A stretch of DNA of 63,993 bases, counting the filler, from Streblomastix strix (lineage: Eukaryota): assembly GCA_008636045.1 (NCBI GenBank). It is 3 parts of 3 records of this genome, joined end to end, with 100 filler letters (N's around TTAATTAATTAA, not from the genome) between each part and the next. Parts side by side here need not be neighbours in the genome. Positions count along the whole stretch, not along the records: positions 43,415 to 63,993 come from SNRW01000427.1; 2 more parts are not named here. One strand, 5' to 3'. A program made the position numbers and the translations under genes. The notes beneath the pieces were generated by a model. It was not told the DNA's origin, did no database searches, and saw only the letters and a list, made by a program, of their open reading frames with translations. Numbering within the stretch: position 1 is the stretch's first letter; each line of letters begins with the position of its first letter. This document shows positions 63,526 through 63,993 of the stretch, one piece after another.

Positions 63526-63993
63526 ATGCCTCGTGCACTTATTGTCTACTACACACTATCAGGGAACTCGAAGCAAGCTGCTGATCTTGTTGTTTCTGAA
63601 TTCCAAAAGAATAACATTGAAGTATGGTTGCATTTGAAACTTATTTGCTTTATATTAATTTTTATTAGGTTATTGTTGAAGAAATTATGTGTACTGGTGC
63701 TAAACCAAGCACATTTTCAGCACTCAAATAAGGTTTTCGAATGATGACTGGAAGCAAATATGTTCTAGACAACCCACCTGTAAATGATCCACGCCAATTT
63801 GAGTATGTTGTCTTTGGAGCTCCAGTTTGGGCCTGGAGGGTGTGTCCTGTGCTTGATGTTTGGCTGAATGCTGCTCAATATGATCCAGCAAAGACAAACT
63901 TTGGTGCTTTCATTCAATGTATGCAAAATTACTTTTATATTAAATTTACAGTTTCCTTTATTTTTTCAGGTGGGAAAAATGGATTTGAGAAAA
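63526..63993 (+). CDS. Flavodoxin-like protein (3'-partial, 2 introns)
   Basis: MPRALIVYYTLSGNSKQAAD (FMN loop)…FEYVVFGAPVWAWRVCP…FGAFIQC/GG. Confidence 0.88.

Noticed and set aside
1..63993. Most ORFs in the supplied standard-code track
   Set aside because: They are antisense shadows or fragments produced by treating TAA/TAG as stops.

Overview
AT-rich eukaryotic DNA made of three contigs joined by artificial N-TTAATTAATTAA-N linkers (21617-21716, 43315-43414), so adjacency across the linkers is not biological. The supplied ORF track is misleading because the genome reads TAA/TAG as Gln and uses only TGA as stop. This is shown by conserved positions in a host SDR gene, PntB and the viral genes. 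With the GT-AG introns and Gln-rich proteins, my best guess is an oxymonad such as Streblomastix (inference). Re-translated by hand in that code, contigs 1-2 (1-43.3 kb) are a dense cluster of partly decayed endogenous Polinton/Maverick-like dsDNA viruses. One part is a repeated virion module: A32-type packaging ATPase, phage-like fibre protein, putative major and minor capsid proteins, and a 68-aa peptide resembling adenovirus membrane-lytic protein VI that always sits head-to-head with the capsid gene. The other part is a replication/integration module: protein-primed PolB with OTU-like and HNH-like domains, a Prim-Pol/SF3 helicase fusion, a D,D(35)D integrase and an AT-hook protein. The cluster also has AGTAGT-type termini with internal inverted copies, hairpin arrays whose loops are flipped between copies, and two stand-alone integrase+AT-hook cassettes. 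Contig 3 is host sequence. It holds an 8.1-kb pogo/Tc5-like transposon carrying a P5-ATPase fragment and a nested hAT-like element with a foldback, followed by an SDR gene, a small spliced ORF and a flavodoxin. All translations and alignments were done by eye; coordinates of decayed genes are approximate.
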